Shown: positions 29,915-45,955, counted from the first letter of the stretch. The stretch: DNA of 64,000 nt from the human T2T-CHM13v2.0 reference genome, Homo sapiens (GCF_009914755.1 NC_060934.1), one strand, 5' to 3'. Translations and numbers: made by a program. The notes: generated by a model not told the origin, from the letters alone.

Positions 29915-32040
29915 GGGAGTGGTTTAATAAAGACCTCTAAAAATTATCTCTTCCCTAAAAGCAAGGTGAACACTGACAAAAATGGTCATAATCAATGTTT
30001 TCAGAACTCAGAAAATTAAACAAAATCTTGCAGCAACCTGGGAGCATTTATTGAAAAAAAAGTTGGCAGAATCTCAGTAAGAACAGTGAGCTTTATAGTA
30101 TTTTGACTTACCTTATTCTCATCCCCCTATCTCCAGCTACACAGTAGCCTTGGAAACCAGCAGCATGCAATTTCAGTGAAAAACAGAAAGCTGGCAGTCT
30201 CTGGAGGGGCAGAACAGAGTTAGACCTCCTTCAAAGCCCCACTGTCATATCTACCTGGTGGTTCCCTGGAAGACCCCACTCATAAGACTTGTATTTTCTT
30301 GACCTAAGAGCTCACACAGTGCAAACAGTCTTTTTCTTGGAAGCATGTATAAAAATCAATCATCAGCAATTGTTTAACCACCTGCCTGAGGAAATAGATT
30401 ATAATTAAGGCAAATAATAGTCTCACCAAAAAAACTTAAAAAGAAAAGCTAGGAAATGAGATGTCAATGAGGAGCTCTGAGAAGCTCTAATATATTCTTT
30501 GGAATCTAGAAGGCCATGTGCATAATAGGCCTGTGCATATGCTCATGGTAAACTTGAGAAGTCTCTAAGTTCTCACCTCTGGCTGACCTTGAGGCTCTGC
30601 AGAAGCAGAAAGCAAAGGCTAAGGAAGAGTTGACAATCAGCTGGCTGAGTATTGAAGACATGCCCTGAAATGCACACAGAACTTCTTTGCAAGGAGTGGG
30701 AGTCTTACTGATTTAGGCATTTAAAGATGTCTCTGTCCAGTCATTAGCAGACAACTAAGCTAACCCAGCATAGACTTCAAAGTCAGGGACAAAGAATAGA
30801 GACTTTACAGAATTAGTTTTCTAAAAAATGACTGAACAAACACACAACAATAGCTATAGCAGAATAGCGATAGCAACAAGCCCCAGGAATAGAAACTGTT
30901 CCTGAGGAAGTCCAGATGTTGGACTTATTAGTCAAAAACTTTAAATCAGCTTTTTAAAATGTGTTCAAAGAACTAGAAAAAAAATCTAAATAACTAAAGA
31001 AATGTATGTGAATGGTGTTTCACCAAATAAAGTATATTGATAAGGAGATATAAATTATATAATAGAACCAAATAGAAATTCCAGAGTTGTAGAGTACAAT
31101 AACTAAAATGAAAATTCACTACAGAGTCTGAACAGAGCAAACACAAGAGAGAATCGGTGAATCTGAACACAGATCAGTTGAAATTATTCAGTCTGAGGAA
31201 TAGAAAACAAAGAAGAGAAGTTAATAGAGTCTCAGAGACTTGATAGACAGACTCAAGCATACAATATATATGTAATAGGATCCCCAAAAAGAAGAGAGAG
31301 AGGAGAAGAAGGCAGAAGAAAATATCTGAAGAAATAATGACCCAAATTTCCAAAATTTGATGAAAAACATTGATCTCCACATCCAAGAACCTCAATGAAT
31401 TCCAAGCAGAATAAAGTCAAAGAGATCAAACCTAGACAGGTTACAATTAAACTATTGAAACACAAAGAGATAATCTTGAAAGTAAAAAGATAAGTGAGAC
31501 ATCACCTACAAGGGATCCTCTATAAGAAATAACAGCAGATTTTTCATCGGAAACCATGGAGGTTAGAAGGCAATGGGGCTACCTATTAAAGGGCTGAAAG
31601 AAAGAAACCTGTCAACCAAAACTTTCATATCCAGCAAAACTATCCTTCAAAAAAAAAAGGAGAAATTAACACATTTCCTGATCAACAAAAACAGAGAATT
31701 CATTACTAGCATACCTGCCCTACAGGAAATATTAAAGAAAGGCTTTCAATCAGAAATAGAAGGGTACTAGACAGTAACTTGAATCCACCTAAAGAAATAA
31801 AGAGCACTAGTAAAGGCAACTACTTAGGTGAATATAAAAGGCAGTATAAATATATTTTTGTTTGTCTCTTTTTTCTCCTATTTATTTAAAAGAAAACTGC
31901 ATAAAAATAATTCTAAATCTGTATTTATGGGAATATACATATAATATGTGATTTGTATGAGAACAGGACAAAGGAGGGGGAAGGAAATGAAGCTATATAG
32001 AAGCAAAGTTTTTATACACTATTGAAATCAACTTGGTATC
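29915..32040 (+). mobile_element. L1M (L1MDa-like) 5' UTR and ORF1
   Basis: gaatctcagtaagaacagtgagcttt 5' motif; ORF1 remnant 31573-31770 (REFITSIPALQEILKK). Confidence 0.8.
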
Positions 32041-32344
32041 AAATGTCCTTTAATTCTCTTGTTACTAATTATGATTCCTACCGAGCTTGACATGGCTTAC
32101 CTCTAACATTGTCTGGTCTCCAGGCAAATGGAGACCTCAGAAAGATTTTATTTGCAGGATCCCAAGCCTTATGTACATCTCTATGGCGCACCATAGCCTA
32201 TATGCCAATGATCTATGGACTCTCCAACATACACACCACAATGAGCATAGTATTAAAGAACTGTGACCTTGACAGCCCAAGAATCATATCAAGAGCATCA
32301 CCAGGCCAGTGCAAAGATCTGCTTCACCAAAGGTGTTACAGAGT

Positions 32345-32595
32345 CCAGGGATTTTTAAACCATAGATTGAGGTCATTGGTGGATTGTGAAATTAATTTAG
32401 AGGGCAGTGACCAGCATTGTCTTAATGAAGTAAAATGGAAGAGAAAGGAAAGCATCATGATGCATTTAGTAAGACGAATGATTTTCTGTAAAATTTTGTG
32501 ATGATGATGTGTTTGTGGGACCAAGCACACTGGGTTGCAATGTAGAAATGTATTTCTTACAGTGGGCCATTGTGAAAAACATTTTTAAAGCAAGT
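32345..32595. mobile_element. Possible hAT-Charlie MER fragment
   Basis: cagggatttttaaac start and tgggttgcaatgtagaaatgtatttcttac; family uncertain. Confidence 0.35.
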
Positions 32596-32774
32596 TTTCA
32601 GACCAGCTTTCAACAATGGCAGAAGACACAGTAGCTGAAAACCTCAGGCTAACATTGGGTCAGTAAGATCTTCAGTTTTCTTTCTTCTGTCCAGTTTTCT
32701 AGTATAAGAATAAATAACCCACAGGCATACTTGGAAACTTTGAGGGGATGAGGTAAACCTAATGTGACAGACTG

Positions 32775-33525
32775 TCCACATCAAATTCATACCAATAGCA
32801 AATCCTCTGGCTTTTATTTCAAAATATCTCCAGCATTGACCTACTTCTCATGACCCTCACCACCACCCTTTCTCAAACCACTGTTCTCTCTCCCATAGAC
32901 CACCATATAAGCCTCCTAGTAGGCATTCTTCTCTTACCTTTGTCCTTCTAAAGGTATCCTGCCAAAAATCTAAGTTAGATCACATTGCTTCTCTGCCATA
33001 ACTTTCCAGTGTCCCCCTTCTCACTCAGAGTGAAAACCAAAGGCCTTTACTAATTGACAAGACCCTATATGATCTGCCCACCACCCTTCTCTATCCTCAT
33101 TTCCCCGTTCATCCCATCCGACCACACTGCCTTCTTGATGCCCTTTGAAGAGAATAGGCAGACTCCCACTCAGTAGGGCCATCACGACTGTCTGGGTTGT
33201 CCCTGCCATGGAGCCCAGATGTCTTACTCCCCACCTACTTCAAGTCTTTGCTCAAATATCACCTTCTCAATGCAGCCTTCCATGGCCATACTATTGAGGC
33301 TCCCAACCCCATCCACAGACATTTTCTATTCCCTTTCTCTACTTTATTTGTCCCCAGAGCACCTTTTAACATAATATTTATCCATTTGTTGTATGTCTCT
33401 TGCAGTAGAATGTCAGCCAACATAAAGGTGGCGTTTTGTTTGGTTGGTTCGGTGCTGTATCTTCAGTACCTAGAACAGTGCCTAGCACAAAATAAGTGCT
33501 CAGTTTACGTTTTTTGAATGAACAA
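32775..33525 (+). mobile_element. L2a
   Basis: ctcactcagagtgaaaaccaaag...cctagaacagtgcctagcacaaaataagtgctcag...gaatgaac. Confidence 0.85.
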
Positions 33526-33849
33526 TTGAAGGGTTGCCAAAAAAAAAAATATTGTTGGCAGTAATGCTGTACTTCTTGCTAAATTAGCCTGTGTGTGCTT
33601 GGTAATTAATTTTAATACTAAGAAGAGATGGGACCCTATGGGTAGAGGAAATTGGTCACAGAGTCCTTAACAAATTCTTCCAGGGCTAGAGCCAATGTTT
33701 TGCTAGCATCAGCACCTCCTTCTTGGGCACACAATATTAGGAAGTCATAGGAATACAGGAGGCCCCTGGTGCCCACTTGATCCACTGAAGGTAGAGGGGA
33801 GAGATTACGCCCAAAGAAAGATGACTGTTTTTGTTTAGTTTTGTGTGAC

Positions 33850-34120
33850 AAGCCATCCCTTTAGAAGTGATACCCCAAATAAATGAGTTTCCTTGGAGAA
33901 TAGCATACATTCCAGCAACAATGCTGTAACTTTGCCTCTGGAAAAAATTTCAAGGTCAGTAGGACACAGTATTTTTGAAAATCTCACACAGTGGCAAATT
34001 TTCACTTTTAGAAAGAGGGCTTGTTTTCAAGTGACACAAAGTCCCTTAAAACCAAATCTAGTACACCAAATGGCTGAGCAGTCTGGAACATACTGAGTGG
34101 GTCAAGTGTGTGATGTAAGT
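33850..34120. mobile_element. MARNA-like mariner relic
   Basis: cattccagcaacaatgctg...cagtggcaaattttcactttt...accaaatctagt resembles the MARNA consensus. Confidence 0.45.
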
Positions 34121-34830
34121 CTGAGGTTAAGACCTCATTGCTTTGCACAGTCTCCACTCCCATCTTGGTATTCTATCCACCAAGCTGCTGCTGGGACACA
34201 GACAGCAGCTAGAGGCTAATCATTCTCTCTTGTACTTTTGGAATTGAGGGTTCTTAGAGAGGATGAGGGACACAGTGGTACAAGTAAAACACTGACTCTA
34301 GGTGGACCTTGAGAGAGCAAAGCATGGCAAGGTCTCTTGACAAGCTTTGGCCAGAGCTATTGGTGAACAATGAAAGGAAAGCCTATCAGATTCTGAATAA
34401 AAAACCAGGATCTTTCTTAGGTGTCAGTAACTTCCTGGTTTATCTTTGAGTACTGCACCATTCAAAGTAACAAGCTCAGGCCATTTCTGTAAAGGGTTGG
34501 CCATGTCACTAAGGATAGACATGGTGGCCTGGGTACCCCACATGATCCCACCTCCTTCTGCATTTTTCAGTCATGTTCTGCACTTCCCCAGGTCTTCTCC
34601 AAAAGATGCCTAGACATTGAGTGGAAATGCTGGGGAATGGTTCCAAAGCAGCAATACAAACTATCCTGAAACTATAGTTGGGCAGAGGACTGCTAAGATT
34701 TTTCTTAAGTAAAATTTCTCCTCAAACTTCCTTTTCTGAAAAGATTAGGTCTCTAGACTAAGGTGGAATAGGTGAAGTAGGTGCACTTCTCTCTGTTTCT
34801 CCTGTGAAGTATAGATTAAAATCCTAGAAT

Positions 34831-37023
34831 GTATATATACACATATATATGTTATATATATACATTATTTATATATAAATATATATTTATATATACATTA
34901 TGTATATATAAATATATATTTATACATTATTTATATATAAATATATATTTATATATACATTATGTATATATAAATATATATTTATACATTATTTATATAT
35001 AAATATATATTTATATATACATTATTTATATATAAATATATATTTATATATACATTATTTATATATAAATATATATTTATATATACATTATTTATATATA
35101 AATATATATTTATATATACATTATTTATATATAAATATATATTTATACATTATTTATATATAAATATATATTTATATATACATTATTTATATAGAAATAT
35201 ATATTTATATATACATTATTTATATAGAAATATATATATTTCTATATACATTATTTATATAGAAATATATATATTTCTATATACATTATTTATATAGAAA
35301 TATATATATTTCTATATACATTATTTATATAGAAATATATATATTTCTATATACATTATTTATATAGAAATATATATATTTATATATACATTATTTATAT
35401 AGAAATATATATATTTATATATACATTATTTATATAGAAATATATATATTTATATATACATTATTTATATAGAAATATATATATTTATATATACATTATT
35501 AATATAGAAATATATATATTTATATATACATTATTTATATATAAATATATATTTATATATACATTATTTATATATAAATATATATTTATGTACATTATTT
35601 ATATATAAATATATATTTATATACATTATTTATATATAAATATATATTTATATACATTATTTATATAAATATATATATATTATTTATATAAATATATATT
35701 TTTATATATATTATTTATATAAATATATATTTATATATACATTATTTATATAAATATATATTTATATATACATTATTTATATAAATATATATTTATATAT
35801 ACATTATTTATATAAATATATATTTATATATACATTATTTATATAAATATATATTTATATATACATTATTTATATAAATATATATTTATATATACATTAT
35901 TTATATAAATATATATTTATATATACATTATTCATATAAATATATATTTATATATACATTATTCATATATAAATATATATATTTTTATATACATTATTTA
36001 TATATAAATATACATTATGTATATATACATTATTTATATATAAATATACATTATTTATATATAAATATATATATTTATACATACATTATTTATATATAAA
36101 TATATATATTTATACATACATTATTTATATATAAATATATATATTTATACATACATTATTTATATATAAATATATATATTTATACATACATTATTTATAT
36201 ATAAATATATATATTTATACATACATTATTTATATATAAATATATATATTTATACATACATTATTTATATATAAATATATATATTTATACATACATTATT
36301 TATATATAAATATATATATTTATACATACATTATTTATATATAAATATATATTTATACCTACATTATTTATATATAAATATATATTTATACCTACATTAT
36401 TTATATATAAATATATATTTATACCTACATTATTTATATATAAATATATATTTATACATACATTATTTATATATAAATATATATTTATACATACATTATT
36501 TATATATAAATATATATTTATACATACATTATTTATATATAAATATATATTTATACATACATTATTTATATATAAATATATATTTATATATACATTATTT
36601 ATATATAAATATATATTTATATATACATTATTTATATATAAATATATATTTATATATACATTATATATAAATATATATTTATATATACAGTATATATAAA
36701 TATATTTATATATACAGTATATATAAATATATTTATATATACAGTATATATAAATATATTTATATATACAGTATATATAAATATATTTATATATACAGTA
36801 TATATAAATATATTTATATATACAGTATATATAAATATATTTATATATACAGTATATATAAATATATATACATTATATATACAGTATATATAAATATATA
36901 TACATTATATATACAGTATATATAAATATATATACATTATATATACATTATATATAAATATACGTACATTATATATTTTATATATAAATTTTATATATAT
37001 AAAAATATATACATTATATATAT

Positions 37024-37054
<31 letters not shown>
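34831..37054. repeat. AT-rich minisatellite/VNTR with ~25-35 bp units (mostly ~33 bp), tacattatttatatataaatatatatttata(ta)
   Basis: About 2.2 kb tandem array, nearly all A/T, with variant units in blocks. Confidence 0.97.
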
Positions 37055-37746
37055 GCACACAAACATGTACACACACAAGGACTCTGAAAGGTCTACAGAA
37101 GGCAGACCAGCTAGAGATCTCAGGACCCAAAAATGACATGGCAAGTAAGTCCCCCTGTGTTTCCCTTTTTGCCTCATATATCTCAGACAAGGTGCTGATA
37201 AAGGCCAGCAATCTGAAAACACCAATGGGATCAGTTAAAAAGAAAAAAAAGCCTCTAAGAAAAACCTGCTTTCCCTAGCAAAGATAAAGGGTAACCTAGC
37301 AAGATGGAAAGTTTTTAGACAATAACAATCTCACCCCTAGCCAAACATCGAGAAAAAAAATGCAGTTGCACTGACACCCCCACCAGCAAACACAGAATGG
37401 GGAGCTAGGTTTCCACTTTGCTAGGCTGTAATGAGGCACCTTTCCCTCTACTGCCTACCAGAGTGATGTCAAAGAAGACTGACAGAGGATCTGGAACTTG
37501 CATAGCTACCCAGCAGTTATAATCTCACCTCCCGAGTACCAATGGAGACTACATGAGGATCCTGGACTTCTGCCTCCACCCAGGGCTAACAAGGTACCTC
37601 TTTCTCCTCTCCACTAGTGACAGAGAAAGGTGAATGAGAAACCACAATTATCATCACCGTCCAGTGGTACAGAGGCCTGCCTTACCCTGGACCCTGTGGA
37701 GTCAGTGGAAGCTTGCTAAAAGAGAACATCTAAATAAAATCCATAG

Positions 37747-38234
<488 letters not shown>

Positions 38235-40106
38235 TGACAAGGAATTTAAAGCAGCCATTATAAAAATGTTTCAATGAACAATGACAAACAGGCTTATAAA
38301 AAGAATATCTCAACCAATAAATAGAAAATGTAAAGGAGCACAACATGAAAATTTTAGAACTGAAAAAATATGATAATCAAAATTTTAAAACTCTAGAGAA
38401 TGGGCTCAGGAACAGAATAGGGAAAACAAAGGAAAGGATAAATAAACTTGAAGATAAAACAATAGAAATTATCCAATCTGAACAAGAGATAGAAAATAGA
38501 CATTAAAAAAAGAGCAGAGCATTAGGAAGCTATAGAACTGTGGTGAAAGATCTAACATTCATGCTTTCAGAGTCCTGAAATGAGAAGAGGAGGGATGAAA
38601 ATGCATTAGAGGAAATATGGCTGAAAAATTTCAAAATTTAACAAAATACATGAACTTACAGGTTCAAGAAGCTGAACAAACCCCAATAAGGTTAGGCTCA
38701 AATAAATTTATGCTGACACATATCAGAGTCACACTTCTAAAAACTAAAGACAAAGAAAAAATCTTGAAAACAGAGAGGGAGAAACAATACCTTACCTATA
38801 GGGAAAAAAACAATTCAAATGACAGCAGATTTCTCATGAGAAATCATGGATGCCAGAAGGAAATGGCACAACGTTTTCCAAATGCTGAAAGCAAATAACT
38901 GTCAACTCAGTTATTTTTGTTGGCAGAGGGTTTTGACTCAATGTTGATGGCTACTGACTGATTAGGGTGGTGGTTGCTGAAGGCTGGGGTGGGTGTGGCA
39001 ATTTCTGCAAATAATAAAGACAACAGTGAAGATGGTCACATCAACCGACTTCCTTTCATAACAGACTTCTTTGTAGTATGTGATGCTGTTTGATAGCGTT
39101 TTACCTATAGTGAAACTTCTTTAAAATTTGGAGTCAATTCTCTTGAGCTCTGCCACTGCTTTATCAACTAGGTTTATGGAATATTCAAAATTCTTTGGTG
39201 TCATTACAACAATATCCATAGCATCTTCACCAGGAGTAGACTCCATCTCAAGAAACCACTTTCTTTGCTCACTGATGGGAAATAATTCCTCATCTATGCG
39301 AGTTTTGCCATCAGATTGCAGCAATTCAGTCACACCTTCAGGCTCCACTTCTTACTCTGTGCCATTGTTACTTCCACCACATCTGCAGTCTCTTCCTCCA
39401 CTGAAGTCTTGAACCCCTCAAAGCCATCCATGAGAGTTGGAATCAACTTCTTCCAATCGCCTGTTGGTGTTGATACTTTGACCTCCTCCTGTGACTCACA
39501 AATGTTTATAATAGCGTCTAGGATTGTGAGTACTTTCCAGAAGGTTTTCAATTTACTTTGCTCAGATCCATCAGAAAAATCACTATCTATGACAGCCATA
39601 GCCTTACAAAATGTAGTTCTCAAATATTAAGACTTGAAAGTTGAAATTACTCTTTGATCCATGGGCTGCAGAATGAACGTAGTGTTATAGTCATGAAAAC
39701 AACATTAATCTCTATCAGAGCTCTTGGGTGACCAGGTGCATTGTCAATGAGCAGCAAATACTTTGAAAAAAGTATTTTTTTCTGAGAAATAGGTCTAAGC
39801 GGTGGGCTTAACAGATTCAGTAAACCATGCTGTAAACAGATATTCTGTCATCCAGGCTCTTTTGTCCCATTTTTAGAGCACAGGCATAGTAGATTTGGCA
39901 TAATTCTTCAGGGCCCTAGGATTTTTGAATGGCCAATGAGCATTGGCTTCAACTTCCAGTCACCAGTTGCACTAGCCCCTAACAAGAGAGTCAGCCTGTC
40001 CTTTGAAGCTTTGAAGCCAGGCATTGGCTTCTCCTCTGTAGCTATGAAAGTCCTAGATGGCACCTTCTTCCAATAGAATGCTGTTTTCATCTCTATTCAA
40101 ACATCT

Positions 40107-40411
40107 GGGGCAGGCACAGTGACTCATGCCTATAAACCCAGCACTTTGGGAAGCCAAGGGAGGCAGATTGCTTGAGCTCAGAAGTTTGAGACCAGCCTAG
40201 AAAACAGCAAAACCTTGTCTCCACTAAAAATACAAAAATTAGCTGGGCATGGTGGTGGGCACCTGTAGTCCCAGCTGCTCAGGGGGCCAAGGTAAAAGAA
40301 TCACTTGAACCCAGGAGCTGGAGGTTGCAGTGAGCCTTAATTGCACCACTGCATTCCAGCCCAGGTGACAAAGTGAGACTGTGTCTCAAAAAAAAAAAAA
40401 AAAAAAAAAAA
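40107..40411 (+). mobile_element. AluJ
   Basis: Dimer with gattgcttgagctcag; long poly(A). Confidence 0.9.
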
Positions 40412-40414
40412 TCT

Positions 40415-40742
<328 letters not shown>

Positions 40743-41216
40743 TTAGCTGGATCTTCTGGATAACTGCTGCAGCTTCTCCATCAGTGCTTGCTACTTCACC
40801 TTGCACTTTTATGTTACGGACATGGTTCTTTCCTTAAACCTCATGAACCAACCTCTTCTAGCTTCAAACTTTTTCTTCTTCCTCACCTTTCTCAGCCTTC
40901 ACAGAATTGGAGAGAGTAAGGCCTTTTTCTGTATTAAGCTTTGGCTTAAGGGAATGTTTTAGCTTGTCTGATCTTCTATCCATTCTATCCAAACCACTCA
41001 AGCTTTCTCCATATCAGCAATAAGGCTGTTTCTGTTTCTTATCACTTGTGTGTTCACTGGAGTAACAGTTTCAATTTCCTTCAAGAACTTTTCCTTTGCA
41101 TTCATAACTTGGCTGTTTGGTGCAAGACGCCTAGCTTTCAGACTATCTCAGCTTTTGACATGGCTTCCTCACTAACCTTAATTATTTCTAGCTTTTGATT
41201 TAAAGCAAGAGATGTG

Positions 41217-41996
41217 TGACCAAGGCCTTAGGAACCCACCCCTTGCATCAGTGTGGGCTGGATGTGAGACATGGAGTCAAAGGAGATTATTGTGGAGCTT
41301 TAAGATTTAATGACTGCCTTGCTGGGTTTCGGCTTGCATGGAGCCTGTAGCCCGTTTGTTTTGGCCAATTTCTCCCTTTTGGAATGAGAGTATTTACCCA
41401 ATGTCTATACCCCCATTGTATCTTGGAAGTAACTAACTTGTTTTGTTTGTATAGGCTCATAGGCAGAAGGGACTAGCCTTGTCTCAGATGAGACTTTGGG
41501 CTGTGGACTTTTGAGTTAACACTAGCTAAGATTTTGGGAGACTATTGGGAAGTTATGATTATATTTTGAAATGTGAGAAGGACATGAGATTTGGGAGGGG
41601 CCAGAGCAGAATGATATGGCTTGGGTCTGTGTCCCTGCCCAAATCTCACATCAAATTATATTCCCCAATGTTGATATTGAGGCTTAATGGGAGGTGATTG
41701 GATCATGGGGGCAGTTTCTAATGGTTTAGTACCCTACCTCTAGTGCTGTTTGTGATAGGGTTCTCCCAAGAACTGCTAGTTTAAGAATGTGTAGCATCTC
41801 CCTGCTGCTCCTGGTCCACATGTGAAGATGTGCCTGCTTTCCTTTCACCTTCCACAGTGATTGTAAGTTTCCTGAGGCCTCCCTAGCCATGCTTCCTGTA
41901 TAACCTGCAGAACAGTGAGTCAATTAAACCTTCTTTCTTTATAAATTACCTAGTCTCAGATAGTTCTTTATAGCAATGTGAGAATGGATTAATACA
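41217..41996 (+). mobile_element. MSTA internal 3' part plus LTR (41612-41996)
   Basis: cccaccccttgcatcagtgtg...gatttgggaggggccagagcagaa|tgatatgg...attaataca. Confidence 0.9.
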
Positions 41997-43224
41997 ATGT
42001 GTAGCTCTCCCTTCCACTTGAACACTTAGAGGCCATTGTAGGGTTATTAATTGGCCTAATTTCAATAATGTTTTGTCTCAGGGAATAGAGAGGCCTTAGA
42101 AGAAAGAGAGGGATGGGGGAACAGCTGGTAAGTGGAGCAGTCAGAACGCGTTATCAATTAAGTTCACCACCTTATACAGGTGCCATTCATGAAACCACAA
42201 AACAATTATAGTAGTAACACTAAAGATCGCTGATCACAGATCACCATAACAAATATAATAGTAATTAGAAAGTTTAAAGTATTCCCTAATTAGCCAAGTG
42301 TGGCACAGAGATGCAAAGTGAGCACATGCTGTTGGAAAAATGGTACAGATAGACTTGTTCTACACAGGATTGCCACAAATCTTCAATTTGCAAAATAAAT
42401 AAATAACATCTGAGAAACACAAGAAAGCAAAGTACAATAAAATGAAATACACCTACATTTACTTAAGAGAAAAGAAAGCTACTTCCATGCAAAGATGTGT
42501 ACATGTATGTTCATTGCAGCTTTATTTGTAGCAGCCAAATGAGAAACAAGAAAAAGTCTTTTTGGGGAAAGCGTTGGCTTTCCCCAAATAAAACCATTGG
42601 AACACTTATTTTGGTACTTATTTTGGCAAGATTTTGTTGCCAGGAAGAAAAAAAGTCTAATTTTTTTAATGCATTCTTCACTGAGCATGCTGGTGAAGGA
42701 TTTGAGTGATCTTCTCGCTGAATACTAGCGGCTTTCTCTTCCACCAAGCTTCTCTTTGCTCCTCTGGAGGAATAAAGGAGTAACAAAGTTAGAATGGGAA
42801 GGAGGGGAAATGGAGCTGGTCTTTCACTTCAAGTGTGATTGGTTTTCTCCTGAGGTATGTGAAACCAAACACAATCCACCACCAGAAGGAGTATTGCCCT
42901 TCCAAAAATCAACCCACTTAATCTGTACGAGAAAAGTGTGTTCTTCATATTAACATGAAGGAGCTATTTTTTTGCAAAATAACCACACTGTCCTTGCCAT
43001 TCCCGTGCTAAGGGCTCCTATGCTCCTTCCTGCTCCAGTGACTTCCAGAGCTTCCTCATTTTACACAACAGTGAATAGTGGCAGTCAATCTGGCTTCTCT
43101 CCACTGCACGGGGCTTTTCTCATGACCACATTGAGGATTAGGTTGAGGCAGATGGTGGGATTGGGGCGGGAGTGTGCAGAAAGAAGTTTCAGTTCACTCT
43201 GCCACAAATGTATTATTTCCTCAC

Positions 43225-43460
43225 GTAGACCGAATCCCAGCACACCACACATTAGCTGTGTGACCTCAGGCAAACTCCTTAACTACTCTGAGCCTCAGTT
43301 TCTCCATCAATAAAATAAATGTAATACTGTTGGTCCCAGTAAGGCCAACATTATTTATAACCCTTTGAACAGGGTTGTTGGAAGGGTTGTAAGTAATCTG
43401 CCGATCACTCCTTCCCTGGGATCTGGAGCTCATTTAGTGATAGATACTATCATTATTGTT
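43225..43460 (+). mobile_element. MIR
   Basis: ttagctgtgtgacctcaggcaaactccttaactactctgagcctcagtttctc. Confidence 0.75.
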
Positions 43461-44829
43461 GTTATTCTTACTTTGATGTATGCACCATACAAATGCATAT
43501 ATTTACATTACAAATCAACCTGGTTAATGAATACAAAGCTGCAATCGTACTTTCTTTTTAATTAACTTGCTGTGCCAGAGAGGTAATAAAAGGAATGAAA
43601 TCAGCATTTTTTTCTCAATGTGCCTATCATCAATTAAGCATCTTGGTAAGTGCCTCTTTCCAAGGCTACAAATATTCCTGTTCCAACGCTTGTGGGTGAG
43701 CAGGGCCAGATGGAGAGGGTAGTGTGTCACTTCTCTGCTGTTCTGCCCTTATGCCCTTTGCAGAGAGGAGCCTGCTCAGGGCGTTTGCTTGTGAGTTGTG
43801 TGATTATGACTCCAACCTTGCAGAACCTTGACAGGGAGCAGAGTCCTGGGTTTTCATCAGGTGCTGCCAGTGGGTCTTTTCCATCTGACATATTAATTCC
43901 TGCCTCTTCCTGTAAAGATAATTCACGCTTCTTGGCGGCATCGTGCAGTGCACAATGCCGGGTGCCAGGAATCTCCTGCAAACTTCAGCAGGGCTGCATT
44001 GTAATGTGCCACTAGATTAATCCAGCCATCTAAAATGCATTTTTAAAAAGCCAAAGGTCCTTCCCATGAATAACCTGGTGAGTATTTGAGCTTCATTATA
44101 ATTTCCCTCTAATGGAGTTTGGGGAAATGAAATGGGAGTTATTAGCCAGATTTATAAGGCTGTCTACTGAGAAAATAGGAATGAAGAGAGGCTGACTTAG
44201 CAGACAAGGTGCATTGGTTATCTACCTAGCCAAGGAGAAAGAGCTGGCCCACAGTTTGCAAAGATGGAAAATATCCTTACCCAGCAAACACTTGTCCTGT
44301 GCTTCCAACAGAAGGCTGGCTGTGCTTTCATAATCTGAGGAAGCATTGCACATACATCCTCCAGCGGCCCCCTTTCTATGCCTGAGTCTGAGATCCAACA
44401 CTCCACGCTCAGAGCACATCATGTCAGTGATTCAAATGGACCATGCATGAAAACTCTCCCACTGGTCTTTGGAGGGTGGAAAACCACTTCATTCAAGTGC
44501 AGACGCAGGTATTGTATTGGAAATGGCTAGCCAAGGTTCCTGAAGGAGGAGGAAGCTCTTGCCCTCCAAATGAAGCCAAGAAAGACCCTGTTGCCTGGAA
44601 GAGACAGACCTGGCGAAGCAAGAGCCTGGGGGCTCTGCGCAGCCAGAGGACATCCTGCAGCCACCGGGTACCCTGCAAAGGCGAGGGGGGGCTCGCCTTG
44701 AGGGGAGGCTGGTGGGCAGGAACTGCCGGGCCCGCAGTCGAGCTGTTTTCCACTTGTCTAGGGTATATCACCTGCTTCTGCACTGCACTTAGATGAGCAA
44801 CTATGACACTGATGTTCTTGTTAAGGAAC

Positions 44830-45557
<728 letters not shown>

Positions 45558-45599
45558 GACTTTTTATGATCACAATGTTCATATAAAGCCATAACTGTC

Positions 45600-45790
45600 A
45601 CTGAGTACTGGGTATTTACTGGACTTCACCTGCATCTTCAAAACTGACACGTGAGGCAGGTAGCATTATTGTTCACACTTTAGAGATGAAGAAACTGAGG
45701 CACACTGCCATTAAGCACCTCATCTGGTTAGTGGCAGAGTTGCACCCATACGGCAGGTTGCCCAAGCCTGCGCTTCCGATCACCACATTA
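45600..45790 (-). mobile_element. MIR
   Basis: ttagagatgaagaaactgaggcac. Confidence 0.65.
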
Positions 45791-45955
45791 TTCTGTCTCT
45801 TCTCCTGTGTTTGTGACAGAAAAATGTGCACACTCTAGAAGAGAAGAAAGAAAAGAAAAGCCACCCACAACTTCACCCATCTGGGCTTTGCATGTAGATG
45901 TGTATTGTGTGACATACTCTGTTTTCCTGTCCTCGTTCCTCCTTCACACCGGCTA

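Noticed and set aside
34831-37054. CRISPR-like array
   Set aside because: Head-to-tail tandem units without unique spacers, in eukaryotic DNA.
39121-40090. TIGD1-like peptides as a domesticated transposase gene
   Set aside because: Frameshifted and fragmented within a Tigger1 copy interrupted by Alus and an LTR.
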